Of a stretch of DNA of 41,553 bases, positions 9,688-17,732 are shown piece by piece. This DNA is from Acidobacteriota bacterium. GTDB lineage: Bacteria; Acidobacteriota; CAIWXX01. The notes beneath the pieces were generated by a model, which did not search any database, was not told the DNA's origin, and saw nothing but the letters and a program-made list of their open reading frames with translations. Both the position numbers and the translations under genes were made by a program. The stretch's first letter is position 1. Each line of letters opens with the position of its first letter. The stretch spans positions 1 through 41,553 of the forward strand of contig JBFMAF010000025.1 of NCBI GenBank assembly GCA_040755995.1, given 5' to 3'.

Positions 9688-10590
9688 TCAGGGCGCTATG
9701 ACGCGCAGGGCCGCTGGGAGCACACTGACGTGCAGCTCGGTGGTCGCGACTGGGCGGACCTCGCCGTCGAATTGAACGGCGGTTGAAGGCGGCACCCGGA
9801 GGGTCATTCTCCCGACCCTGCGATGATGGAACTCCTTGATCCGACCGATCGTCCCACGGAACAGGCGCGGCAACGTCGCCAGCGCGCGGAGCGCAGGGAG
9901 CATGTCGATGTAGACAAGGTCCAGGTAGCCGTCGGACAAGCTGGCCCCGGGGGCGATGCGGGCACCGACGCCGTATTGCGGCCCGTTGGCCACGGTCAAT
10001 GCAAACGGCGCCAGCAGCAGCTTCTCTCCGTCGATGTCCACCTCCACCTTCGGCGCCCGATACTGGAAGAACGCCTGGACGCCCAGGGTGAAGTACGGCA
10101 GCGGTCCGCGGACGAGGCCCGCGTGCCGGTGGAAACGGTCGGCGAGGCAGGCATCGAAACCCAGTCCGAAGACGTTGAAGAAGTACGCACCATCCACATC
10201 ACCCACGTCGATCTCCCGAACTTCGCCTTCTTTCAGCACTTCGACCGCCGAGCGAGGTTTGAGCGGGACGCCAAGGCCGCGTGCAAGCCCGTTGCCCGAG
10301 CCGGCTGGGATGATGCCGAGGGCGCTCCGAGTGCCGACGAGCCCGCTCGCGACCTCGTTCACCGTGCCGTCGCCACCGTACGCCACCACCACGTCGAACC
10401 CGTCTGCAGCAGCCGCTGCTGCAAGTTGAGTTGCATGCCCGACGTACTCGGTCTCGAAGATGCGGTAGCTCCCCGGGTAGCCGGCCAGCAGGACACGAAG
10501 CGTCTCCTGCTTGCTCCTGCGGAACCGCTGCCTTCCCGACCGCGGGTTCAGAACAAAGGCCAGCTTGCGTGAATTCATCTCAGGAGCCAC
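9688..10590 (-). CDS. diacylglycerol/lipid kinase family protein (YegS/DagK/BmrU)
   Basis: LNPRSG, GGDGTVNEV, GIIPAGSGNGLAR, GLGFDA, ANGPQYG, QFDGE. Confidence 0.92.
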   Translation of the reverse strand: MAPEMNSRKLAFVLNPRSGRQRFRRSKQETLRVLLAGYPGSYRIFETEYVGHATQLAAAAAADGFDVVVAYGGDGTVNEVASGLVGTRSALGIIPAGSGNGLARGLGVPLKPRSAVEVLKEGEVREIDVGDVDGAYFFNVFGLGFDACLADRFHRHAGLVRGPLPYFTLGVQAFFQYRAPKVEVDIDGEKLLLAPFALTVANGPQYGVGARIAPGASLSDGYLDLVYIDMLPALRALATLPRLFRGTIGRIKEFHHRRVGRMTLRVPPSTAVQFDGEVRPVATTELHVSVLPAALRVIAP

Positions 10591-10641
10591 AAGGGCGGAG
10601 CGTAACTTGAATAGGGACCAACCACGCCGCCCCCCGTCTGT

Positions 10642-10683
10642 CCCTCTTTCGCCTTCCCCCTTGTCCCTTTCCCCTTGTCCCTA
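10642..10683. repeat. 7-bp imperfect pyrimidine-rich tandem repeat (~6 units)
   Basis: ccctctt tcgcctt ccccctt gtccctt tcccctt gtcccta directly after the peptidase stop. Confidence 0.6.
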
Positions 10684-12315
10684 TCTTCGCCGGTCGTACG
10701 GGTAGATCGGGAGGATGTCGATCGGGACGGTGCTGCAAGTTACGAGCGTGCGCTCGACCTCGGGGGACACCTTGCCGTAGTCGGCAACCAGCTTCGCGGC
10801 GCCTGTGTAATCGCCCTTGTACTGGACTCTCAGGAGCTCCTCGGCCAGCCTTGCGACAGCCGTTTTCATCTTCTCGGTGTCGATCTGCCACGTGCCGGAT
10901 ACCTTGTCGAACGTCAGCCCGCCTTCGTTTATGAAGAAGTTGAGCTGGATGATGTTGGCCAGCCCGTGCGCCTCCGCGACTCCGAACCGGATCGAGCGGA
11001 ACACCGACGCCACGAAGCTCACGTAGACGGCCCGTTCCTGCGAAGGCGGGAGCACGTTCTTCTCCATCAGCCTCTGAGCGCAATAGAGCCCCACCACGTC
11101 GGCCTTGGCCTCTTCCATGGCCGCGTACAGATCCTTGAGCTCCAGGTTGGGCGTCGAGCGCGACCCGTCCGCTCTCGTGATGAAGCCCACGCCCAGCGCG
11201 TGTGAGATCTCGTGCAGCAGAATATTGTTGAAGAACGGCTCGAACTGAACCAGCTCGGCGCCCTTGGGCCCAAACGCGATCGTGGCCATCGGCATCAGGA
11301 CCTTGTCGAACTTGGCCCGCATGACGTTTCTCAGCATGATCTTCTTGCTGCCCTTCTCCTGGCGCACCTTCTCGTCGTTGGGCAGGTTGAATGCCGCGGT
11401 CTGGACGCCCTGGCGCGGGTCGCCCGCGCTGAACAGCAGGTTCACCACGCGCAGCGGCGACTCGATTCCGGGAGGCGTCTGCAGCAGCTCCGCAGGCACC
11501 GGGAGCGACTTCTGCATATAGGCCAGATTATCTACAAACGTAGACAACTTGGCGCTCCCGTCCCGATCGATCGCGTACACGAAAGCCTCGTAGGCAGCCT
11601 TCAGGCCCAGCAGGTTGTCCTCGTAGACCTCGTAAGGCCCGATCACGATCTCGATCCGGTTGTCCTTGAGATCGATCCAGTCGCAGTCGCTCTGGTAGTA
11701 GTTGTCGGTGCGCAGATCGGCGGCGCGCTGGCGGAGGTACTTCACGAGCGCCGGATCCTCAAGGAAGCTGCACGCGTCCTCGAGGCACTTCGCAGCCTGC
11801 TCAACTTTCTCGCGATGCAGCTCGTGGTAAGGCACTGCCTTGAGCTCCTTGCCGTCGCGCCGGATGACCGTGTAAGGGCTCTGGAATGCCTCCTTCAGCT
11901 CAGGATGGGCGGCGATGTATTTCTCGAATTCCTGTGCTGTGATGTCCGGCGGGTAGAAATCGGCACCCGGCAGTTTCGGCTGGTCGCCGAAGAACGAGGC
12001 GTCCTCGTTCTGCTGGTCGTAGGGGCCGTAGAAGATGGAGAAGGCGAGCCTGAGGTCCGGCGGGCCGTTCTCGGCCAGCTTCCGGCGCTCGGCGACGTAA
12101 TCTCCTTTCTGGTCCCAGAAGATCTCGTCGACGACTTTCGCGGCCTCGACCAGCTTGAAGATCGCCTGCTTCTGGCGAGGTGAGAAGCTGGTGAGATCCA
12201 CGCTCAGCTCGGTAGGCGAGAACCGATCGGCGATCTGCTTCCACCTCTCCTGTGGGGTCGGTTCGGCTCCCATGGCAAACGCGGCGCAAAGCACGAGCGG
12301 AATGGCTCCTTTCAT
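10681..12315 (-). CDS. peptidase M49 (dipeptidyl peptidase III-like), probably exported
   Basis: IGPYEVYED, AFNLPNDE, HEISH zinc motif, EEAKAD; N-terminal signal peptide. Confidence 0.88.
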   Translation of the reverse strand: MKGAIPLVLCAAFAMGAEPTPQERWKQIADRFSPTELSVDLTSFSPRQKQAIFKLVEAAKVVDEIFWDQKGDYVAERRKLAENGPPDLRLAFSIFYGPYDQQNEDASFFGDQPKLPGADFYPPDITAQEFEKYIAAHPELKEAFQSPYTVIRRDGKELKAVPYHELHREKVEQAAKCLEDACSFLEDPALVKYLRQRAADLRTDNYYQSDCDWIDLKDNRIEIVIGPYEVYEDNLLGLKAAYEAFVYAIDRDGSAKLSTFVDNLAYMQKSLPVPAELLQTPPGIESPLRVVNLLFSAGDPRQGVQTAAFNLPNDEKVRQEKGSKKIMLRNVMRAKFDKVLMPMATIAFGPKGAELVQFEPFFNNILLHEISHALGVGFITRADGSRSTPNLELKDLYAAMEEAKADVVGLYCAQRLMEKNVLPPSQERAVYVSFVASVFRSIRFGVAEAHGLANIIQLNFFINEGGLTFDKVSGTWQIDTEKMKTAVARLAEELLRVQYKGDYTGAAKLVADYGKVSPEVERTLVTCSTVPIDILPIYPYDRRR

Positions 12316-12333
12316 CTCATCACCTCACCGGGG

Positions 12334-13515
12334 CTAGAGGGCGGCGATGATCGCGTCTGTCATCTGGGTCGTGGACGCCGCGCCTTGAGAGAAGACCGCT
12401 GCAGACCCGGAGAGCTTCGCCATGTCGTACGTCCGCACCTTGCCCTCCTGGACCACCTTCGCGATGGCCCCTTTGATGCGCTCCGAGATCGCGGTCTCGC
12501 CGATGTGCTCCAGCATCATGCAGGCCGACAGGATCGTGGCGATCGGGTTCACGATGGAGGGCTTGAGCTCTGCGTACTTCGGAGCGCTTCCGTGCGTCGG
12601 TTCGAACACCGCGCAGGTGTCGCCGATATTGGCGCTGGCGGCGAACCCGAGCCCGCCCACCAGCCCGGCGAATCCATCGCTCGCGATGTCGCCGAACATG
12701 TTGCCGCTGACGATCACGTGGTAGTCCTCGGGGTTCTTCGTGAGCCACATCATCTGCGCGTCGATGTTGGTGTCCTGGACGCCGATGCCGGGATGCTCCT
12801 TCGCCATCTTGTTGGCCTCGGAGAGCATCATGCCGGAGGTCTCGCGGACAACGTTGGGTTTCTCGCAGACGGTCACAGTGTTCCAGCCGTGAGCCTTCGC
12901 GTGTTCGAAGGCGGCTCTAAGGATGCGCTGGCATGCCTTGCGCGTGAAGATGCGGACGGACACGGCGAGATCCTCGCGCGGGCCCGCGGCGAATGCCTTG
13001 AACTTGGGATGCGTCTTCAGTGCGTCGAATACCACGTCGGGCGGGTTCGTCCACTCGATGCCGCAATAGAGGCACTCGGTGTTCTGGCGGAAGATCACGG
13101 CGTTGATCTTGGGCTCCTCCGCCGACCCGTCCTTTCCGCGCCGGATGAAGTTCAGCGGGTTGCCCTTGAACGAGACGCACGGCCGGATCGAGATGTCGAG
13201 GTTGAACTTCTGGCGCAGTCCTACAATCGGGCTGGTGTAGGTGTAGCCCTTCCCGTGCAGCTCAGGCGCGAGCTCGGCAGCCGCCGCCTCCTTCGGCTTC
13301 GACGTGATAGCGCCGAAGAGCGCGATCCGATGCTCTTCGAGCAGCTTGATCGTGCGGTCAGGCAGCGGATTGCCTTCCTTGCACCAGAACTCCCAGCCGA
13401 TGTCTCCGTGCACGTAGTTGGCCTGGAAGCCCGCGGCTTCCATCACCCTCACCGCCTCGGGCACCACCACGGCTCCAATTCCGTCTCCCGGTAGCAACAC
13501 AATGGTTCGTTTCAT
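12334..13515 (-). CDS. isocitrate/isopropylmalate (possibly homoisocitrate) dehydrogenase family protein
   Basis: LPGDGIG, RQNTECLY, KPNVVRETSG, NMFGDIASD, FEPTHGSAPK, NPIATILS; ATG at 13515. Confidence 0.9.
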   Translation of the reverse strand: MKRTIVLLPGDGIGAVVVPEAVRVMEAAGFQANYVHGDIGWEFWCKEGNPLPDRTIKLLEEHRIALFGAITSKPKEAAAAELAPELHGKGYTYTSPIVGLRQKFNLDISIRPCVSFKGNPLNFIRRGKDGSAEEPKINAVIFRQNTECLYCGIEWTNPPDVVFDALKTHPKFKAFAAGPREDLAVSVRIFTRKACQRILRAAFEHAKAHGWNTVTVCEKPNVVRETSGMMLSEANKMAKEHPGIGVQDTNIDAQMMWLTKNPEDYHVIVSGNMFGDIASDGFAGLVGGLGFAASANIGDTCAVFEPTHGSAPKYAELKPSIVNPIATILSACMMLEHIGETAISERIKGAIAKVVQEGKVRTYDMAKLSGSAAVFSQGAASTTQMTDAIIAAL

Positions 13516-13744
13516 GGGGCTCTTCTTCCTCCTAATGTTCTGACATGCAGAGGCCAATATAGGTGAGAGGCCGGGGCCCGGTCAACATCGCCGGGCCTGA
13601 GGCCAAGCGGCAGACGCCGGCTGACTCCGGCTGATGGCAAACCGCTAGCCGCTCGCCCTGTTCCTCGCTCCACTCGTGATATCATCTGGCTGCCCTGAGT
13701 GCTTCATCCTGCGCAGGGAATACTGCTCTGTTTCGCTACGGGCA

Positions 13745-14026
13745 ATGGAGATGAGCTTGCGGTCGAAGAAGTCCAGGAGCCGTTGGAGTCGGGCGATGGC
13801 CTTCTTCGTCTGCACCACCATTGTGCTATGTGGATTGAGTGCCACGTGTCGCACCTGGCCCTTCTACACCAACTACTGGGGCGGATTGATCTATGGACCC
13901 GTCGCGATGGCGATCGGGTTGTTGGGCCTCTACATAGCCGTGTTCAGGTGGGAGAAATCCATAGAGCCGCGCGTGGACAAGAGGGGTCGTCGAGTCGCTT
14001 GGCCCGGTGACGAATCGAGATGGTGA
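13745..14026 (+). CDS. small hypothetical two-TM membrane protein
   Basis: Two hydrophobic segments around FYTNYWGGLIYGP; start uncertain (13676/13745/13751). Confidence 0.55.
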   Translation: MEMSLRSKKSRSRWSRAMAFFVCTTIVLCGLSATCRTWPFYTNYWGGLIYGPVAMAIGLLGLYIAVFRWEKSIEPRVDKRGRRVAWPGDESRW

Positions 14027-14055
14027 GGGCGAGCGGGCCTCGTACCGAGCACCCG

Positions 14056-14111
14056 GAACCGAGAACCGAGAACCGTGAACTGTGAACCGGGAACTGTGAA
14101 CCGTGAACTAC
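14056..14111. repeat. 7-bp tandem repeat GAAC(C/T)GN x8
   Basis: gaaccga gaaccga gaaccgt gaactgt gaaccgg gaactgt gaaccgt gaactac, between convergent genes. Confidence 0.85.
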
Positions 14112-14115
14112 GCTG

Positions 14116-14574
14116 CTACACCTGCTGCTGCATCAGCTGCTTGATTCCGGAGACCGCCTCGGAGACGACCTTCGTGGTGATATCGATCTGGAGCGTGAGG
14201 TTGTGCATCTCGGCCTGCATTCCGAGAATCTCCTGTGACGAGAACGAACGCCCGCTCTGCAGCTCCTTGACGATGTCGTTGAGACGGCCGTAGCCTTGCT
14301 CGAGCTCGCCGCCGAGCTTCTTGAGGCCCTCCGGAGTCTGAGCCATCTTCACCTTCTCGTCGATCATGTTCCGAGCGTTGACCTGGTCCCCAATCCCCTG
14401 TCTCTTGATCTCCGGTACCTGGACCTCGATATTGATCGGCTGGCCGGACCCCTTCGTCTGTTCCAGCTGGTCCATGACCTGCTGGAACTGCTTCATGTTT
14501 TCCGGGGCCTCGTCGGCGACCCTTCTGGCCTGCTCCAGAATCGGACCTATCGATTCCATGCCGCCTAGTGTCAT
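14116..14574 (-). CDS. putative T3SS inner-rod protein (SctI/YscI/HrpB2-like)
   Basis: C-terminal helix FSSQEILGMQAEMHNLTLQIDITTKVVSEAVSGIKQLMQQQV matches the inner-rod pattern (ELL.MQ......DL..K......VK.L...Q); AGGGAG RBS; T3SS-like neighbours. Confidence 0.65.
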   Translation of the reverse strand: MTLGGMESIGPILEQARRVADEAPENMKQFQQVMDQLEQTKGSGQPINIEVQVPEIKRQGIGDQVNARNMIDEKVKMAQTPEGLKKLGGELEQGYGRLNDIVKELQSGRSFSSQEILGMQAEMHNLTLQIDITTKVVSEAVSGIKQLMQQQV

Positions 14575-14659
14575 GACATACTCCCTTCTCTAGTCGCAGA
14601 CCCCGCCGTCTGCCGCCGTCCTGTGTCCCCCCCTTTTCCTGATTTCTTCCGCCGACCTG

Positions 14660-15058
14660 TCAGGCTCGCTGGAAGAGCCCGGATCGCAGCCCAGAGAGCA
14701 ACTCCTTGGCGAACGCGACGGCCGATGGGTCGCGATTGCCCTGAACGACAGAGTTCAAGGCTGTCTCGGCCTCGGACCACCGCTTCTGCGCGATGAGCGC
14801 TTCGGCCAGGTAGGCGCGCGTCAGGTCGTGGTCCTCGTGCTGCTGGAGCACCTGCCGGTAGCCGCGCTCCGCGTCTCCGTACTGGCCCTGCGCAAAATGC
14901 CACATGCCGAGGAACAACCCCGGGGTCGGATCATTGGGCCGGAGCGCCTGAGCGGCGTCCAGGAACGATCGCGCTTCCTTCAAGAACCCCGTCCTCATGC
15001 TCATGTACCCAAGTTCCAGGATTATCTGCGGCAGCTTTTCCTGCGATTCCATCGTCAT
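14660..15058 (-). CDS. TPR protein, putative needle chaperone (YscG/CdsG/HrpB1-like)
   Basis: ~130 aa, three TPR-like units (LELGY...G...EAR...LRPNDP..GL.LG...F..G.Y.DAE); immediately downstream of the needle-like gene. Confidence 0.65.
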   Translation of the reverse strand: MTMESQEKLPQIILELGYMSMRTGFLKEARSFLDAAQALRPNDPTPGLFLGMWHFAQGQYGDAERGYRQVLQQHEDHDLTRAYLAEALIAQKRWSEAETALNSVVQGNRDPSAVAFAKELLSGLRSGLFQRA

Positions 15059-15149
15059 GATCTCCTCATTTCGTCAGCGCCTGCGATCGTCGACGGCCGC
15101 GCCGCGGCGGCGACGAGGCAGGTCGTCTCGTGTGCCTGATTCGCCCAGG

Positions 15150-15196
15150 TGCATACTCCGCCCCCACGCGGCCGGAGTCGGGGAGCGGAGAGCGCA
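15150..15196 (-). other. strong intergenic stem-loop 3' of the needle-like gene
   Basis: UGCGCUCUCCGCUCCCC...GGGGGCGGAGUAUGCA pairing; no U-tract. Confidence 0.5.
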
Positions 15197-15205
15197 GTCA
15201 AGAAT

Positions 15206-15460
15206 CTATTTGAAGTTCCGGATGGCGGTAGTGGCGGAGTCGTAGCGCGCCTTCATAACGGTGGACAACGCCTGGTAGGCCTGCTGTTCCTTCAGCATCG
15301 CCTTCTGGAGATCCAGGTAGTACTTCATGTCGTTGGACCCGGTGGCGTCTGGGTCCTGCATCTTGCTCTGGAAATCCGCGGCGTTGACGTTGGACTGGTC
15401 GATGGCGTCGGTGCCAAGATTGGTGGCCCCTCGAGAATAGTTGACTTGAAACGAGCTCAT
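15206..15460 (-). CDS. putative T3SS needle subunit (SctF/YscF/HrpA-like)
   Basis: 84 aa; C-terminal helix LDLQKAMLKEQQAYQALSTVMKARYDSATTAIRNFK fits the needle pattern (LQ...Y...S...K...D....I.NF(R/K)); GGAGGT RBS. Confidence 0.65.
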   Translation of the reverse strand: MSSFQVNYSRGATNLGTDAIDQSNVNAADFQSKMQDPDATGSNDMKYYLDLQKAMLKEQQAYQALSTVMKARYDSATTAIRNFK

Positions 15461-15732
15461 GGTTTACCTCCAAATGTCTTCTGTATGACGGGCAACATCT
15501 GGGCGGCCAAGAGCAGCGCCTTCTGGACGGCAGCCGAGGATTCTCGGCGGCCCATGGTTGCCAGCTCGTCTACCTTGTTGCGAAATTCATTGGACGGCAG
15601 GTGGACCAGCTCTGAGAGCGTCGGGAAGGCCATCGGATCCAACTGGCCTTTCGAGGAAGGTCCGTCCTGGTTTCTTTGGGGAACGGCGGCAGACGCGATG
15701 TCACCCACACGGAAGCCGGATTGCTCGGTCAT
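15457..15732 (-). CDS. small protein, candidate YscE/CdsE-like needle co-chaperone
   Basis: 91 aa, helical C-terminus (AAVQKALLLAAQML); ATGA overlap with the needle-like gene; AGGAGGT RBS; function inferred from position. Confidence 0.5.
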   Translation of the reverse strand: MTEQSGFRVGDIASAAVPQRNQDGPSSKGQLDPMAFPTLSELVHLPSNEFRNKVDELATMGRRESSAAVQKALLLAAQMLPVIQKTFGGKP

Positions 15733-15758
15733 CGCATACCTCCTGACTCAGCTCCAAT

Positions 15759-15865
15759 TGTACCCGACCGTGCATTGCGGCGATAGGTGCGGGTACACTT
15801 TCTCCCAAAGCGAAGCTGCGCTCCCTCGCTTCCGGGAACGCAGCCTCACCAGGTTGGGAGAGAGT
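15759..15865 (-). other. two adjacent long RNA stem-loops in an intergenic region
   Basis: CUCUCCCAA..GGUGAGGCUGCGUUCCC/GGGAGCGCAGCUUCGCU..UUGGGAGA followed by UGUACCCG...CGGGUACA. Confidence 0.55.
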
Positions 15866-15883
15866 CTTGCGTAATCTCTGACC

Positions 15884-16435
15884 CTATGCGGGTGGTGCCG
15901 CCTGGGCCTTCTTGGCCTCCGAGATGATCTCCTGGAGCACTCCGGGCCCCTTCTCCTGCACCTCCTTGGCGATGGTCGATACAAGCAAGGCCGACGTGCG
16001 CGCGCGGTTCGCGTACGGATCCTTGCCCTCGGGATCGAGCGCCACCGCCTTCTGGAAGTAGTCGATCGCGGGCTCGATCCAGCCCTTCTCCAGGCAGATC
16101 TCGCCGGCGAACGTATGCGCCGCGACGTCCTGTGGGTTGTATCCCAATGCGACCTGGAACGAGGAGAGCGCTGCGTCATTCAGGTTCTTCTGCATGTACA
16201 CGCAGCCGAGCCCCGTGTGCAGAAACGGGTTCTGCGGATCCAGCGCCACCAGTCCCTCCATCAACGTCTGTGCATCGTCTAGCTGGCCCTGCTCGGCGAG
16301 CTGCCGCGCCACGATTGACAGAGCCAGTATGTCCTCGAGAGAGATTCCGATAGCCTCGGCGAGCGTGTCATGGCCCGCCATGAGCTGCTTCATCCGCGCT
16401 TTAAGTTCTTCGAAGTCTTTGTTGTTATTTCCCAT
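15884..16435 (-). CDS. SycD/LcrH/CesD-like TPR type III secretion chaperone
   Basis: G..TLAEAIGIS.EDI..L...A......G..DDA.....GLVALDP....H.GLG.......; three TPRs, ~180 aa. Confidence 0.75.
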   Translation of the reverse strand: MGNNNKDFEELKARMKQLMAGHDTLAEAIGISLEDILALSIVARQLAEQGQLDDAQTLMEGLVALDPQNPFLHTGLGCVYMQKNLNDAALSSFQVALGYNPQDVAAHTFAGEICLEKGWIEPAIDYFQKAVALDPEGKDPYANRARTSALLVSTIAKEVQEKGPGVLQEIISEAKKAQAAPPA

Positions 16436-16463
16436 TGTGGTCTCTCCTAACCTGCTCTGAGTT

Positions 16464-17375
16464 CTATCGGAAGTTCCGGATGGCGCCCATCATCATGTCG
16501 TGCATGCTCTTGCGCATCTCGTTGATCGCCTGGATCATCTGCTGGATCTTCTGCATCTTCTGCTGCAACTGCTGCATCTTCTTCTGGCCTTCTGGCTTGC
16601 TGGTGTCGATGCTCTCCATCTCCTTTTCGATGCTGGCCATCTCATCGAAGCACTTGTTCATCGCCCCTTCACCGAACCCGGCACCGCTGACGCCACTGCC
16701 GCCGCTGGCTCCGCCCGATCCGCCTGCCTGGCCTGCTCCGCCCGCGCCGCCCGCGCCGCCCGCGCCGCCGGCACCCTGCGCCCCTCCGGCCTGTCCGGCC
16801 CCACCGACGCCCAGGATGTTCTTGAGCTGGTCGAGCAGCGAGCCGAGCGTAGGCGGCTGCTGCGGCTGGCCCAGACCCTGCAGAAGCTTGCCGAGCTGGT
16901 CAAGCGTACCCTGGACCTGGTTGAGTGAGTTGCCCAGGTTCTGCAGCAGCTGGCTGTTGGGCTGCATGATGTTTTGCAGAGTGTTCTGCATGTTGTTCAT
17001 CATGTCCATCATCTTGTGCATGTCCTGGTGCATGTGCGCCGGCCCGAAGCAACCCGGGCGCATCGGCTGCCCGCCCATGCCCGGGAACTGCGGGAACATG
17101 CCGCGGCCGGCCAGCTGGCCGATGCCCTGCATCATCTGGTCCATGCCCTTGTGGAACATCTTGTCGCCGAGGCCCTTCATCATGCCGCCATGCTGCATCA
17201 GTTCATGGCCCTTCGTCATCTGGGCCGCACCACCGGCGATCTTCTCGAACGCGTCGCCAATGCCGGGCAACTTCGGGAACATCCCGCCGCCCATGCCCTG
17301 CATCATGCCCTGGGCGAGATTCTGGATCATGGGCATGATCATTTGCGCTGCCATGCCCGCTAGTGCTGGTAACAT
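16464..17375 (-). CDS. Gly/Met/Gln-rich low-complexity protein with needle-like C-terminus (candidate T3SS filament/harpin-like substrate)
   Basis: GAGGAGG RBS; no Trp or Tyr; (GGA)n linker; ends KMQQLQQKMQKIQQMIQAINEMRKSMHDMMMGAIRNFR. Confidence 0.7.
   Translation of the reverse strand: MLPALAGMAAQMIMPMIQNLAQGMMQGMGGGMFPKLPGIGDAFEKIAGGAAQMTKGHELMQHGGMMKGLGDKMFHKGMDQMMQGIGQLAGRGMFPQFPGMGGQPMRPGCFGPAHMHQDMHKMMDMMNNMQNTLQNIMQPNSQLLQNLGNSLNQVQGTLDQLGKLLQGLGQPQQPPTLGSLLDQLKNILGVGGAGQAGGAQGAGGAGGAGGAGGAGQAGGSGGASGGSGVSGAGFGEGAMNKCFDEMASIEKEMESIDTSKPEGQKKMQQLQQKMQKIQQMIQAINEMRKSMHDMMMGAIRNFR
16741..16767. repeat. 9-bp coding tandem repeat (cccgcgccg x3) in Gly-Gly-Ala linker
   Basis: Exact triple repeat inside the GGAGGAGGAGGA peptide stretch. 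Confidence 0.7.
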
Positions 17376-17566
17376 CCCTTTCCTCCTCGTTGAGTTTTAT
17401 AGGTTTGTGTTTCTATCCGTTGACGAACCTGGGTCCACAATTGCCATGCCGGCGCACGGGCGGAGGCTTCCCAGACTCCACCTGCTGCTGGCTGGCTCGA
17501 CTGCTGAACCGTTGACATTGGGGCAAATGGTACCCCGCTCTCCTGCTAATTTGGAAACGAACTTTT

Positions 17567-17575
17567 ATTATACCA
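17567..17575 (-). promoter_or_regulatory. putative extended -10 sigma-70 promoter for the Gly/Met-rich gene
   Basis: TGGTATAAT on the minus strand in an AT-rich intergenic region, ~190 nt before the ATG. Confidence 0.5.
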
Positions 17576-17703
17576 GGAAACTCTACCCATCGCCAGTGAT
17601 TTGTTTTCCGGGCAAGCCGTCCTGGGCCGTGACGCGTGCCGTTCCAATTCGCTGTGCTCAATGCCCCATGGCTCCACGACTCACCATCTCTCATTCCACA
17701 CGC

Positions 17704-17732
17704 TATTATCGGACGCGCATCGAAATTGTTGT
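17704..17732 (-). promoter_or_regulatory. putative sigma-28-type promoter
   Basis: ACAA-N15-TCCGATAA (canonical TAAA-N15-GCCGATAA); related motif at 18826-18838. Confidence 0.45.

Noticed and set aside
14056..14111. Possible CRISPR array
   Set aside because: Contiguous 7-bp units without spacers; no cas genes
17376..17700. Known riboswitch (e.g. c-di-GMP) in the long leader
   Set aside because: No recognisable aptamer consensus by eye; an Infernal/Rfam search would be needed
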